A stretch of DNA of 64,000 bases from Escherichia coli (lineage in GTDB: Bacteria; Pseudomonadota; Gammaproteobacteria; Enterobacterales; Enterobacteriaceae): the NCBI RefSeq assembly GCF_030384885.1, contig NZ_CP128613.1. One strand, given 5' to 3'. Made by a program: the position numbers and the translations under genes. The notes beneath the pieces are model-generated. The model had not been told where the DNA came from. It worked only from the letters and a program-made list of their open reading frames with translations, and searched no databases. Position 1 is the stretch's first letter. Each line of letters starts with the position of its first letter. Shown piece after piece: positions 52,404 through 62,922 of the stretch.

Positions 52404-53386
52404 CCCAACCCGTTCTGGACATTCAACAACTGCATTTGAGTTTCTCCGGTTTTAACGGCGACGTTCACGCGCTCAACAATGTGTCATTGAAAATCAACCG
52501 CGGTGAAATTGTCGGTCTGGTGGGAGAATCCGGCTCGGGTAAATCAGTCACTGCAATGTTGATTATGCGTCTGTTACCGACGGGCAGTTATTGCGTACAT
52601 CGGGGACATATTTCACTGCTGGGAGAAGATGCTCTTAACGCTCGGGAAAAACAGCTTCGTCAGTGGCGCGGCGCACGAGTGGCGATGATCTTTCAGGAAC
52701 CGATGACCGCCCTAAATCCGACACGTCGAATAGGTCTTCAGATGATGGACGTGATCCGCCATCATCAACCAATAAGTCGTCGGGAAGCCAGAGCTAAAGC
52801 GATTGCCCTGCTGGAAGAGATGCAAATCCCGGATGCCGTGGAAGTTATGTCGCGCTATCCGTTTGAGCTTTCAGGTGGTATGCGCCAGCGGGTAATGATT
52901 GCGCTGGCATTCTCCTGCGAGCCGCAATTGATTATTGCCGACGAACCGACTACGGCGCTGGACGTCACGGTACAGTTGCAGGTACTGCGTCTGCTTAAAC
53001 ATAAAGCCCGCGCCAGTGGAACTGCGGTACTGTTCATCAGCCATGATATGGCCGTGGTGTCGCAACTGTGCGATAGCGTTTACGTGATGTATGCCGGAAG
53101 CGTGATCGAGAGCGGTATGACGGCAGACGTTATCCATCATCCCCGGCATCCGTATACCATTGGTTTGCTGCAATGCGCACCGGAACATGGAATACCACGC
53201 CAGCCATTACCCGCCATTCCAGGGACGGTACCAAACCTCACCCATTTGCCTGACGGCTGCGCTTTTCGCGATCGTTGCTATGCGGCAGGTACACAGTGTG
53301 AAAACGTCCCGGCGCTGACAGCGTGTGGTGACAACAACCACCGCTGCGCCTGTTGGTATCCTCAGCAGGAGGTCATTAGTGTCTGA
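52400..53386 (+). CDS. ddpD: D,D-dipeptide ABC transporter ATPase
   Basis: 328 aa; Walker A GESGSGKS. Confidence 0.9.
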   Translation: MTQPVLDIQQLHLSFSGFNGDVHALNNVSLKINRGEIVGLVGESGSGKSVTAMLIMRLLPTGSYCVHRGHISLLGEDALNAREKQLRQWRGARVAMIFQEPMTALNPTRRIGLQMMDVIRHHQPISRREARAKAIALLEEMQIPDAVEVMSRYPFELSGGMRQRVMIALAFSCEPQLIIADEPTTALDVTVQLQVLRLLKHKARASGTAVLFISHDMAVVSQLCDSVYVMYAGSVIESGMTADVIHHPRHPYTIGLLQCAPEHGIPRQPLPAIPGTVPNLTHLPDGCAFRDRCYAAGTQCENVPALTACGDNNHRCACWYPQQEVISV

Positions 53387-54305
53387 CACGTTATTAACGT
53401 TACGCGACGTCCATATCAATTTCCCGGCCCGAAAAAACTGGCTTGGTAAAACTACGGAACATGTTCATGCCATCAATGGTATTGATTTACAGATCCGTCG
53501 TGGTGAAACCTTAGGGATCGTCGGTGAGTCAGGCTGCGGCAAAAGCACCCTCGCGCAGCTTTTAATGGGTATGCTGCAACCGAGCCACGGGCAGTACATC
53601 CGTTCAGGATCACAACGCATTATGCAGATGGTGTTTCAGGACCCGCTCTCTTCGCTTAATCCGCGCTTACCGGTGTGGCGCATCATCACGGAACCGCTCT
53701 GGATTGCTAAGCGTAGTAGTGAACAACAGCGGCGAGCGTTGGCAGAGGAGCTGGCTGTGCAGGTGGGTATTCGTCCGGAGTATCTCGACCGCTTGCCTCA
53801 TGCGTTCTCAGGCGGGCAGCGGCAACGTATCGCCATTGCCAGAGCACTCTCTTCGCAGCCTGACGTGATTGTGCTTGATGAGCCCACCTCGGCGCTGGAT
53901 ATCTCCGTGCAGGCGCAGATCCTCAATTTACTGGTAACGCTACAGGAAAATCGCGGGCTGACTTATGTGCTGATTTCACACAATGTCTCGGTGATACGTC
54001 ATATGAGCGATCGGGTGGCGGTGATGTATCTCGGACAGATTGTTGAACTAGGAGACGCGCAACAGGTGCTGACAGCTCCGGCACATCCATACACCAGATT
54101 ATTGCTGGATTCCCTCCCCGCCATTGATAAACCGCTGGAGGAAGAATGGGCATTGCGTAAAACGGAACTACCAGGAAACCGCACGTTGCCGCCGGGCTGT
54201 TTTTTCCGTGAACGTTGCCCTCTGGCAACCCACGGATGTGAAGTCCGGCAATCATTAACAATAAGGGAGGACGGACGTGAGATCCGGTGCTGGCGGGCGC
54301 TGTAG
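53379..54305 (+). CDS. ddpF: D,D-dipeptide ABC transporter ATPase
   Basis: 308 aa from GTG 53379 (AGGAGG RBS), overlapping ddpD stop; Walker A GESGCGKS. Confidence 0.85.
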   Translation: MSDTLLTLRDVHINFPARKNWLGKTTEHVHAINGIDLQIRRGETLGIVGESGCGKSTLAQLLMGMLQPSHGQYIRSGSQRIMQMVFQDPLSSLNPRLPVWRIITEPLWIAKRSSEQQRRALAEELAVQVGIRPEYLDRLPHAFSGGQRQRIAIARALSSQPDVIVLDEPTSALDISVQAQILNLLVTLQENRGLTYVLISHNVSVIRHMSDRVAVMYLGQIVELGDAQQVLTAPAHPYTRLLLDSLPAIDKPLEEEWALRKTELPGNRTLPPGCFFRERCPLATHGCEVRQSLTIREDGREIRCWRAL

Positions 54306-54342
54306 AGACGCGGCATCCGGCTATTGCATGTCTGTGGAAACG

Positions 54343-55233
54343 TTATGCGTCATAGGTTTTTTTTAACGTTTCCATCAACGCTTGCGCCGCAGTAGAAAGC
54401 TTATGGTGTGACGAACGCAGAACGCCTACCCGTCGCTCAATCACCGGATTATCCAGTTCCAGACACACTGCGCCCAATTCGCTCATCTGCCTGCGGCACA
54501 GTGCAGGCACAGCGCTGCCCCCCAAACCGTTTGCCACCAGCCGCCCAACCGTAACCAGTTGATGGCTTTCCAGCGCCACTTCCAGTTGCGTTCCACTTTG
54601 TGCCAATTCCTCTTCCAGCATCAACCTGACGGCTGACGGTCGCTGGAGGGTGATAAAATCGAGCGTCAGCAAATCCCGCCAGCTCACGCGTTGCCGATTT
54701 GCCAGTCGGGAATCGGCTGGAACAATAGCAACAAACCGATCCACGCCCAGCGGGATAAAATGCAAATGGCCGCAATAGTCAGGTTCAAAGGCAATCCCCA
54801 TCTCCACGCGCCCTTCACTCACCATTTCGATTACCAGCTCATTCACCACATCGTGCACAGTGACGTTAATCCCTGAATAACAATCGCGGAAGGTTTTCAG
54901 CACCGGAGGCAAAACGTTGGCCGCAAATGACGGCATCGCTGCCACTGAGACTTTGCCCCGCCTGAGCGTGAATCGCTGACGCATGGCCTCTTCGGTGTTA
55001 TCCCAGTCAGCCAGCAAAGGCCGTGCCATCGACAATAGCGTTTCCCCCTCCTGGGTTAACGTCACTTTTCGCGTAGTACGCAGCAGTAAAGCGCCCCCTA
55101 AGGCATCTTCCAGTCCTTTAATGGCAAGACTTAGCGCAGGCTGCGACATATTCAGCCGTTCACTGGCATGGGCAAAGTTCAGAGTGTGAGCTACCGCTAA
55201 AAACGCGCGTAACTGTTTGATGCTCATTTTCAT
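54343..55233 (-). CDS. LysR-family transcriptional regulator (296 aa), divergent from CoA-transferase operon
   Basis: N-terminal LysR HTH (MSQPALSLAIKGLEDALGG); occupies the position where osmC is expected. Confidence 0.85.
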   Translation of the reverse strand: MKMSIKQLRAFLAVAHTLNFAHASERLNMSQPALSLAIKGLEDALGGALLLRTTRKVTLTQEGETLLSMARPLLADWDNTEEAMRQRFTLRRGKVSVAAMPSFAANVLPPVLKTFRDCYSGINVTVHDVVNELVIEMVSEGRVEMGIAFEPDYCGHLHFIPLGVDRFVAIVPADSRLANRQRVSWRDLLTLDFITLQRPSAVRLMLEEELAQSGTQLEVALESHQLVTVGRLVANGLGGSAVPALCRRQMSELGAVCLELDNPVIERRVGVLRSSHHKLSTAAQALMETLKKTYDA

Positions 55234-55374
55234 CTGGTATTCCGTTAACTTGTTGAATACATTTAATTAACATTATATTTATAAATAATACAAATGAATG
55301 AGTCACAAATTTAAAATTAACAAATCATTTTTTGCCCTTAATGATGTTGGAAAGGACAACTGGAGGGCAACTGT

Positions 55375-56082
55375 ATGGCTGGGCTGGATAAACGGGTCGC
55401 TACGTATCACGAGGCGCTTGAAGGACTTACCAATGAGATGACGATTCTGGCGGGAGGTTTTGGCCTGTGCGGCATCCCGGAGAATCTGATTGCTGAAGTT
55501 CGCCACCGTGGAGTAACCGCATTGACGGTGGTTTCCAATAACTGTGGCGTAGACGGTTTTGGACTGGGTGTACTGCTGGAAACCCGACAGATCCGTAAAG
55601 TCATCGCTTCTTATGTTGGCGAAAATGCTTTGTTTGAAAAACAGGTGCTTAACGGCGAACTGGAGGCGATTCTCACACCACAAGGAACCCTGGCAGAACA
55701 ACTGCGCGCAGGCGGCGCGGGCATCCCGGCGTTCTTTACTGCCACCGGTTACGGTACACCCGTTGCCGAAGGGAAAGAAGTCCGCGAATTCAACGGTCGC
55801 CCGTACATAATGGAACAGGCTATCACCGGTGATTTTGCCCTGGTCAAAGGCTGGAAAGCCGACTGGTACGGCAACGTGATTTATCGTCATACCGCGCAAA
55901 ACTTCAACCCACTGATGGCGGCTGCCGGAAAAATCACCGTGGTGGAAGTGGAAGAGATTGTGCCGCCTGGTGAACTTGATCCTGCCGCAATCCATACCCC
56001 AGGGATTTTTGTTAATCGCGTCATTCAGGGGCAATTTGAAAAACGCATTGAACAACGCACCCTTAGCCGCAAAGGAGCCTGA
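55375..56082 (+). CDS. 3-oxoacid (acetoacetate/succinyl-CoA) CoA-transferase subunit A
   Basis: 235 aa; strongly ScoA/OXCT-like ([47 protein letters not shown]). Confidence 0.85.
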   Translation: MAGLDKRVATYHEALEGLTNEMTILAGGFGLCGIPENLIAEVRHRGVTALTVVSNNCGVDGFGLGVLLETRQIRKVIASYVGENALFEKQVLNGELEAILTPQGTLAEQLRAGGAGIPAFFTATGYGTPVAEGKEVREFNGRPYIMEQAITGDFALVKGWKADWYGNVIYRHTAQNFNPLMAAAGKITVVEVEEIVPPGELDPAAIHTPGIFVNRVIQGQFEKRIEQRTLSRKGA

Positions 56083-56084
56083 CC

Positions 56085-56741
56085 ATGTTAACCCGTGAAC
56101 AAATGGCGATGCGAGTCGCCCGCGAATTGCGCGATGGCTATTACGTCAATCTCGGCATTGGTATCCCGACCCTGGTGGCAAACTACATTCCTGACGGGAT
56201 GGATGTGATGTTGCAGTCAGAAAACGGTTTGCTGGGAATGGGCGCATTTCCTACGGAAGATGAACTGGACGCCGACATGATTAACGCCGGTAAACAAACC
56301 GTTACCGCACGGAAAGGCGCGGCAATTTTCGATTCGGCGCAATCTTTCGCCATGATCCGTGGCGGCCATGTGGATCTGACTGTGCTTGGCGCATTTGAAG
56401 TGGATGTGAATGGCAACATTGCCTCATGGATGATCCCCGGCAAGATGGTTAAAGGCATGGGCGGTGCCATGGATCTGGTTGCCGGTGCCGAGAATATTAT
56501 TGTGGTAATGACCCACGCCTCCAAATCCGGCGAATCCAAACTGCTTCCCGACTGTACCCTGCCATTGACTGGCGTCGGCTGCATCAAACGCGTCTTAACC
56601 GACCTTGCTCTGCTGGAAATTGCTGACGGCGCTTTCATTCTGCGCGAGCGCGCGCCGGGAATCAGCGTTGCGGAAATCGTCGCCAAAACCGCCGGTAAGT
56701 TGTTTGTGCCGGAACATGTCCCGGAAATGCAATTCAACTGA
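56085..56741 (+). CDS. 3-oxoacid CoA-transferase subunit B
   Basis: 218 aa; adjacent and co-oriented with subunit A. Confidence 0.85.
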   Translation: MLTREQMAMRVARELRDGYYVNLGIGIPTLVANYIPDGMDVMLQSENGLLGMGAFPTEDELDADMINAGKQTVTARKGAAIFDSAQSFAMIRGGHVDLTVLGAFEVDVNGNIASWMIPGKMVKGMGGAMDLVAGAENIIVVMTHASKSGESKLLPDCTLPLTGVGCIKRVLTDLALLEIADGAFILRERAPGISVAEIVAKTAGKLFVPEHVPEMQFN

Positions 56742-56750
56742 GGAATCACC

Positions 56751-57956
56751 ATGCAGGACGTTGTTATTGTTGCCGCTACGCGCACGCCGATTGGCTGTTT
56801 TCATGGCGCTCTCGCACCACTTTCTGCGGTTGATCTCGGCGCTGCCACCATCCGTTCATTGCTGGAGAAAACCGCACTTGCAGCAGAACAGATCGATGAA
56901 GTGATTTTTGGTCAGGTCCTGACTGCCGGAAGCGGACAAAACCCAGCACGGCAATCGGCGCTCAAAGCCGGGTTAAGCCACGATACACCCGCCGTTACCA
57001 TCAACCTGGTATGTGGTTCCGGTTTGAAAGCCGTACACCAGGCCGTGCAGGCGATCCGCTGTGGTGATGCACAGATCATTATCGCAGGTGGCCAGGAAAG
57101 CATGAGCAACGCGCCCTATTTTATTGATGGCGCGCGGGCAGGTTTACGCCTCGGGCATACCAGCATGAAAGACAGCGTGGTTCATGACGGACTATGGGAT
57201 GCTTTCAATGATTACCACATGGGCATTACTGCAGAAAACCTGGCGCAAAAATATGCCATCAGTCGCGAGCGCCAGGACACATTCGCGCTACGTTCTCAGC
57301 AAAAAGCCGCTGCCGCAATGGAAGCCTGGCGCTTTGCAGACGAAATTACTCCGGTCAGCGTACCACAAGGTAAAAAACCACCACGCTGGGTAAATACCGA
57401 CGAACAACCACGTTCCGGGACGCAACTGGAAAAACTGGCGCAACTGAAACCGGCCTTTCTTCCGGGGGCAGGAAGCGTCACCGCGGGAAATGCCTCTTCC
57501 ATCAATGATGGTGCCGCCGCAGTCATGTTAATGCGCGCCAGCAAAGCTGCCGAACTTGGCCTCTCTGTGCTGGCTCGGGTGGCCGGTTATGCCGTTTCTG
57601 GCGTCGATCCTGCCTTTATGGGCATCGGTCCGGTCGTCGCTACCCGCGAATGTCTTAAGCGTTGCGGATGGACGCTGGAAGATATTGATCTTATTGAAGC
57701 AAACGAAGCTTTCGCAGCGCAGGCGCTGGCCGTTGGCGACGAACTGAACTGGGATAACGACAAAGTGAATGTTAACGGCGGCGCAATCGCACTTGGGCAT
57801 CCTATTGGCGCTTCTGGTTGCCGCATTCTGGTCACTCTCATTTATGAAATGGCGCGACGTAATGCGCAAAAAGGGCTGGCGACGCTGTGCGTCGGTGGCG
57901 GTCAGGGCGTGGCGCTGACGCTGGAAAGAACCACAGGAGAACACCATGCAAACTGA
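56751..57956 (+). CDS. Acetyl-CoA C-acetyltransferase (thiolase)
   Basis: 401 aa; AtoB-like along full length ([24 protein letters not shown]). Confidence 0.85.
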   Translation: MQDVVIVAATRTPIGCFHGALAPLSAVDLGAATIRSLLEKTALAAEQIDEVIFGQVLTAGSGQNPARQSALKAGLSHDTPAVTINLVCGSGLKAVHQAVQAIRCGDAQIIIAGGQESMSNAPYFIDGARAGLRLGHTSMKDSVVHDGLWDAFNDYHMGITAENLAQKYAISRERQDTFALRSQQKAAAAMEAWRFADEITPVSVPQGKKPPRWVNTDEQPRSGTQLEKLAQLKPAFLPGAGSVTAGNASSINDGAAAVMLMRASKAAELGLSVLARVAGYAVSGVDPAFMGIGPVVATRECLKRCGWTLEDIDLIEANEAFAAQALAVGDELNWDNDKVNVNGGAIALGHPIGASGCRILVTLIYEMARRNAQKGLATLCVGGGQGVALTLERTTGEHHAN

Positions 57957-58869
57957 ACAATTTGCGGTACTGGGCGCCGGATTGATGGGCGTGGGGATTG
58001 CCACTCATTTCGCCCGCTTTGGTCATGATATCTGGCTGTACGATACCGAGCAGAGCCGGATTGCTGAAATCCCCGTAGTTGCAGCCGGGATTCTTGATGA
58101 ACTGATTAGCTGCGAACAGTTTACTGCCTCGGGAAAAGAGAATGTGCTTAAACGCCTTCACGGCACGACCTCTCTTGCTGACATCGCCGACTCGCAACTA
58201 CTGATTGAGGCGATCCCGGAGCGGCTTGAACTAAAACACGCATTATATGCCGAGCTTGAAACACTTATTTCTCCTGAGGCCATTGTCGCCAGCAATACCA
58301 GCGGTCTGCCGCCCGATGATCTGGCAGCGAAGATGCGCTACCCGCAACGACTGCTGATCGCCCATTTCTGGCATCCGCCGCACTTCATTCCACTTGTAGA
58401 GATTGTCCCCGGCAGCGTTACCGAGCCAAAGCATTTGCACTGGCTGCAACACTTGCTTGTGTCACTGCAACTGGAAGCTGTGTTGCTGGATCGCGCTGCG
58501 CCAGGATTTGTCGGCAACCGTCTGCAATTTGCACTGTTGCGTGAAGCCCTGCATATCGTAAAAAGCGGCATCGCCAGTGCCGAAGTAGTCGATCAGGTCA
58601 TGCGCGCCTCGCTTGGGCGACGTTATGCCATGGTCGGCCCGCTGGAGGCCGCCGACATGACCGGACTTTCGACGGTGCAGGATATTTGTCGCCATCTTCT
58701 CCCTGAACTGGCGACTGGCAGCGACATGATGTCGTTAGTTGCCGAAAAAGTGGAACGTGGAGACATCGGCGTACGTAGCGGTCAGGGATTTTACCGCTGG
58801 GATGAATCGCGGAAGCAGTACATCCAGCAGCGTCGGGAACATCAGCTTCGCTTCGCCCTGAAACCCTAA
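57946..58869 (+). CDS. 3-hydroxyacyl/3-hydroxybutyryl-CoA dehydrogenase
   Basis: 307 aa; N-terminal Rossmann GxGxxG ([12 protein letters not shown]); overlaps thiolase stop by 11 nt. Confidence 0.8.
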   Translation: MQTEQFAVLGAGLMGVGIATHFARFGHDIWLYDTEQSRIAEIPVVAAGILDELISCEQFTASGKENVLKRLHGTTSLADIADSQLLIEAIPERLELKHALYAELETLISPEAIVASNTSGLPPDDLAAKMRYPQRLLIAHFWHPPHFIPLVEIVPGSVTEPKHLHWLQHLLVSLQLEAVLLDRAAPGFVGNRLQFALLREALHIVKSGIASAEVVDQVMRASLGRRYAMVGPLEAADMTGLSTVQDICRHLLPELATGSDMMSLVAEKVERGDIGVRSGQGFYRWDESRKQYIQQRREHQLRFALKP

Positions 58870-58914
58870 CTTCTCTCGCTGTACCCACTATAACAACGAT
58901 ATTGAGGAGTCCCG

Positions 58915-60306
58915 ATGAGTGTATTAATCGCCCTTGCCGCGCTTGGGCTGCTAATGCTGGCAGCCTATCGCGGATACAGCGTTATCCTTTTTGCCCCCAT
59001 CGCGGCATTAGGCGCTGTTCTTGTCACCGATCCGGGGGCTGTTGGCCCAGCATTTACCGGTCTGTTCATGGAAAAAATGGTCGGCTTCGTGAAATTGTAC
59101 TTCCCGGTGTTTCTGCTCGGGGCCGTGTTCGGAAAACTGATTGAGCTTTCAGGATTTTCTCGTTCGATTGTCGCTGCTGCAATCAACATTCTCGGGCGGC
59201 GGCATGCGATTCCGGTGATTGTGCTGGTATGCGCATTACTCACCTATGGCGGCGTGTCGCTGTTTGTGGTGGCATTTGCCGTTTATCCGTTCGCGGCTGA
59301 ATTGTTCCGACAGAGTAATATCCCCAAACGGCTTATACCGGCAACGGTGGCCCTCGGAGCATTCTCTTTTACTATGGACGCTCTGCCCGGCACACCTCAA
59401 ATCCAGAACATTATTCCCACCAGTTTCTTTGGCACCAACGCCTGGGCCGCGCCGTGGCTGGGGCTCATTGGTTCACTGTTTATCATTGCCGTCGGGCTTA
59501 TCTATCTGGAGCGACAGCGTCGTAAAGCGCATGCAAAAAATGAAGGTTACGGCACAGAGTTACTTAATGAACCTGAAACGCCAGACAACATCAATTTGCC
59601 GAATCCACTCATTGCGATTTCACCGTTGATTCTGGTGGGGCTGTTGAACTTGTTGTTTACCTGGTGGATCCCTGTTTGGTACGGTGCGAGTCACCAACTG
59701 GAGTTGCCAGGACTTGCCGCCCCGATCACTACAGATGTCGCCAAAATCACCGCTATCTGGGCCGTTGAAGCAGCGCTCATTGCCGGAATTTTGCTGGTGG
59801 TGATTTTCGGATATCGCAATATTCATGGAAGACTGGCAGAAGGAAGCCGTACTGCGGTGGGTGGCGCAATTCTGGCCGCGATGAACACCGCCTCAGAATA
59901 TGGCTTCGGTGCGGTTATCGCCGCTCTGCCCGGTTTTCTGGTGCTCTCAAAGGCGCTGGCTGCCATTCCAGATCCATTACTCAACGAAGCCATCAGCATC
60001 ACCACGCTTGCCGGCATTACCGGTTCAGCGTCCGGCGGGATGAGTATTGCTCTTGCGGCTATGTCCGACACTTTTATTGCCGCTGCGCACGCTGCCAATA
60101 TTCCACTGGAAGTTTTTCACCGCGTGGCATCTATGGCCAGTGGCGGCATGGATACATTGCCCCATAACGGCGCAGTGATCACTCTGCTGGCAATTACTGG
60201 GCTGAGTCACCGTCAGGCTTACGGCGGTATCTTCGCAATTACGATCATTAAAAGTCTGGCCGTGCTGTTTATCATCGGCGTGTACTACACCACCGGCATT
60301 GTCTAA
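58915..60306 (+). CDS. Polytopic permease (GntP-like family; candidate 3-hydroxybutyrate / short-chain acid transporter)
   Basis: 463 aa, highly hydrophobic with central hydrophilic loop; family assignment by resemblance only. Confidence 0.6.
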   Translation: MSVLIALAALGLLMLAAYRGYSVILFAPIAALGAVLVTDPGAVGPAFTGLFMEKMVGFVKLYFPVFLLGAVFGKLIELSGFSRSIVAAAINILGRRHAIPVIVLVCALLTYGGVSLFVVAFAVYPFAAELFRQSNIPKRLIPATVALGAFSFTMDALPGTPQIQNIIPTSFFGTNAWAAPWLGLIGSLFIIAVGLIYLERQRRKAHAKNEGYGTELLNEPETPDNINLPNPLIAISPLILVGLLNLLFTWWIPVWYGASHQLELPGLAAPITTDVAKITAIWAVEAALIAGILLVVIFGYRNIHGRLAEGSRTAVGGAILAAMNTASEYGFGAVIAALPGFLVLSKALAAIPDPLLNEAISITTLAGITGSASGGMSIALAAMSDTFIAAAHAANIPLEVFHRVASMASGGMDTLPHNGAVITLLAITGLSHRQAYGGIFAITIIKSLAVLFIIGVYYTTGIV

Positions 60307-60317
60307 GGAGAATCATC

Positions 60318-60695
60318 ATGAATTTACAAGGTAAAACTGCGCTTGTGACGGGGTCCTCCAGCGGTATTGGACTCGGTATTGCTCAGACACTGGCAAAAGC
60401 CGGCGCGCAAGTGATCCTCAACGGCTTCGGTGATGTTGACGCGGCAATCAATGGAGTTTCTCGTGTGGGTAAAACGCCTGGCTATCATGAGGCAGACCTC
60501 AGCGATGAATCGCAAATTGTCAGCATGATGGCCTACGCACGGAGGGAATTTGGCGGTGTGGACATTCTGGTGAATAACGCCGGGATCCAATTGGAGCTGA
60601 CCAAATGGGTGGAAGCTTCTGATAACGACATCCTCAGTGATATCTACCAGCAAACGATCAATTATGTGGTCAGTGGCCAGCACCCTACGCTTTAA
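60318..60695 (+). pseudogene. Chimeric ORF: truncated SDR (3-hydroxybutyrate-dehydrogenase-like N-terminus, about 95 aa) fused in frame to apparent 3' end of bdm
   Basis: N-terminus GKTALVTGSSSGIGLGIA...DILVNNAGIQ is SDR-like but stops at about 95 aa (full SDR about 250 aa); the last 34 aa are not SDR-like and lie directly upstream of sra where bdm is expected. Confidence 0.6.
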
Positions 60696-60796
60696 GGTGC
60701 TATGCTTGATCGGCAACCTAATTTAGGGGTTTAGCACGTGTTTCTTCGCTACGGCGATGTTGTCCTTAAAACTAGCAACAGGATTGAGGAGTTAAA

Positions 60797-60934
60797 ATGA
60801 AATCGAACCGTCAGGCACGTCATATTCTTGGACTGGACCATAAAATTTCTAACCAGCGCAAAATAGTTACCGAAGGTGACAAATCCAGCGTGGTAAATAA
60901 CCCAACCGGCAGAAAACGCCCCGCTGAAAAGTAA
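60797..60934 (+). CDS. sra: Stationary-phase-induced ribosome-associated protein (45 aa)
   Basis: [45 protein letters not shown] matches recalled Sra; AGGAG RBS; below ORF-track cutoff. Confidence 0.85.
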
Positions 60935-60964
60935 TCTTTAACAATCAGTCCTCAATGACGATTA

Positions 60965-60999
60965 AACACCATTGCCTGCGCAATGGTGTTTTTGTTTTT
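60965..60999 (+). terminator. Rho-independent terminator after sra
   Basis: AACACCATTGC-CTGC-GCAATGGTGTT followed by TTTTGTTTTT. Confidence 0.8.
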
Positions 61000-61090
61000 A
61001 ACTGCTTTATACTTGGAGCCGACGCCCTGGCGGTAAAGCAAAGACGATAAAAGCACCCCAGGGATGGATATTCAAAAAAGAGTGAGTGAC

Positions 61091-62788
61091 ATGGAACCAA
61101 AAACAAAAAAACAGCGTTCGCTTTATATTCCTTACGCTGGCCCTGTACTGCTGGAATTTCCGTTGTTGAATAAAGGCAGCGCCTTCAGCATGGAAGAACG
61201 CCGTAACTTCAACCTGCTGGGGTTACTGCCGGAAGTGGTCGAAACCATCGAAGAACAAGCGGAACGCGCATGGATCCAGTATCAGGGATTCAAAACCGAA
61301 ATCGACAAACACATCTACCTGCGTAACATCCAGGACACCAACGAAACCCTCTTCTACCGTCTGGTAAACAATCATCTTGATGAGATGATGCCTGTTATTT
61401 ATACCCCAACCGTCGGCGCAGCCTGTGAGCGTTTTTCTGAGATCTACCGCCGTTCACGCGGCGTGTTTATCTCTTACCAGAACCGCCACAATATGGACGA
61501 TATTCTGCAAAACGTGCCGAACCATAATATTAAAGTGATTGTGGTGACTGACGGCGAACGTATTCTGGGGCTTGGTGACCAGGGCATCGGTGGGATGGGT
61601 ATTCCGATCGGTAAACTGTCGCTCTATACCGCCTGCGGCGGCATCAGCCCGGCGTATACACTGCCGGTGGTGCTGGATGTCGGGACGAACAACCAGCAGT
61701 TGCTTAACGACCCGCTGTATATGGGCTGGCGTAATCCACGTATCACTGACGACGAATACTATGAATTCGTGGATGAATTTATCCAGGCTGTGAAGCAACG
61801 CTGGCCGGACGTGTTATTGCAGTTTGAAGATTTTGCACAGAAAAACGCGATGCCGTTGCTTAACCGCTATCGCAATGAAATTTGTTCTTTTAACGATGAT
61901 ATTCAGGGCACCGCGGCGGTAACAGTCGGCACACTGATCGCAGCCAGCCGTGCGGCGGGCGGTCAGTTAAGCGAGAAAAAAATCGTCTTCCTCGGCGCAG
62001 GTTCAGCAGGATGCGGCATTGCGGAGATGATCATCGCCCAGACTCAGCGTGAAGGATTAAGCGAAGAAGCGGCGCGGCAGAAAGTCTTTATGGTCGATCG
62101 CTTTGGTCTGCTGACCGACAAGATGCCGAACCTGCTGCCTTTCCAGACCAAACTGGTGCAGAAGCGCGAAAATCTCAGTGACTGGGATACTGACAGCGAT
62201 GTGCTGTCATTGCTTGATGTGGTGCGCAATGTCAAACCGGATATTCTGATTGGCGTCTCAGGACAGACCGGGCTGTTTACGGAAGAGATCATCCGTGAGA
62301 TGCACAAACACTGTCCGCGTCCGATCGTGATGCCGCTGTCTAACCCGACTTCACGTGTGGAAGCCACACCGCAGGACATTATCGCCTGGACCGAAGGTAA
62401 CGCGCTGGTCGCCACTGGCAGCCCGTTTAATCCAGTGGTATGGAAAGATAAAATCTACCCTATCGCCCAGTGTAATAACGCCTTTATTTTCCCGGGCATC
62501 GGGCTGGGTGTTATTGCTTCCGGCGCGTCACGTATCACCGATGAGATGCTGATGTCGGCAAGCGAAACGCTTGCTCAGTATTCGCCGCTGGTACTGAACG
62601 GCGAAGGTCTGGTACTGCCGGAACTGAAAGATATTCAGAAAGTGTCCCGCGCAATTGCGTTTGCGGTTGGCAAAATGGCGCAGCAGCAAGGCGTGGCGGT
62701 GAAAACGTCTGCCGAAGCTCTGCAACAGGCCATTGATGATAACTTCTGGCAAGCCGAATACCGCGACTACCGCCGTACATCCATCTAA
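61091..62788 (+). CDS. maeA: NAD-dependent malic enzyme
   Basis: 565 aa from ATG 61091 ([23 protein letters not shown]...); matches recalled MaeA. Confidence 0.95.
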   Translation: MEPKTKKQRSLYIPYAGPVLLEFPLLNKGSAFSMEERRNFNLLGLLPEVVETIEEQAERAWIQYQGFKTEIDKHIYLRNIQDTNETLFYRLVNNHLDEMMPVIYTPTVGAACERFSEIYRRSRGVFISYQNRHNMDDILQNVPNHNIKVIVVTDGERILGLGDQGIGGMGIPIGKLSLYTACGGISPAYTLPVVLDVGTNNQQLLNDPLYMGWRNPRITDDEYYEFVDEFIQAVKQRWPDVLLQFEDFAQKNAMPLLNRYRNEICSFNDDIQGTAAVTVGTLIAASRAAGGQLSEKKIVFLGAGSAGCGIAEMIIAQTQREGLSEEAARQKVFMVDRFGLLTDKMPNLLPFQTKLVQKRENLSDWDTDSDVLSLLDVVRNVKPDILIGVSGQTGLFTEEIIREMHKHCPRPIVMPLSNPTSRVEATPQDIIAWTEGNALVATGSPFNPVVWKDKIYPIAQCNNAFIFPGIGLGVIASGASRITDEMLMSASETLAQYSPLVLNGEGLVLPELKDIQKVSRAIAFAVGKMAQQQGVAVKTSAEALQQAIDDNFWQAEYRDYRRTSI

Positions 62789-62922
62789 GCCTGCGCCCGG
62801 TAGTGACTGCTACCGGGCAATTTTCCTCTTCCTTTTTCAGATCTCATCCATACTGGGTAGTGGCGAATAAATCTCATTTGCCTCACCTGCTATGCAGAAC
62901 ATCATCCGAAAAGGAGGAAACT

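Noticed and set aside
55303-56055. 250-aa minus-strand ORF antisense to CoA-transferase subunit A, and 200-aa ORF 56183-56785 antisense to subunit B
   Set aside because: Plus-strand products have strong family resemblance (ScoA/ScoB); minus-strand frames lack recognisable features.
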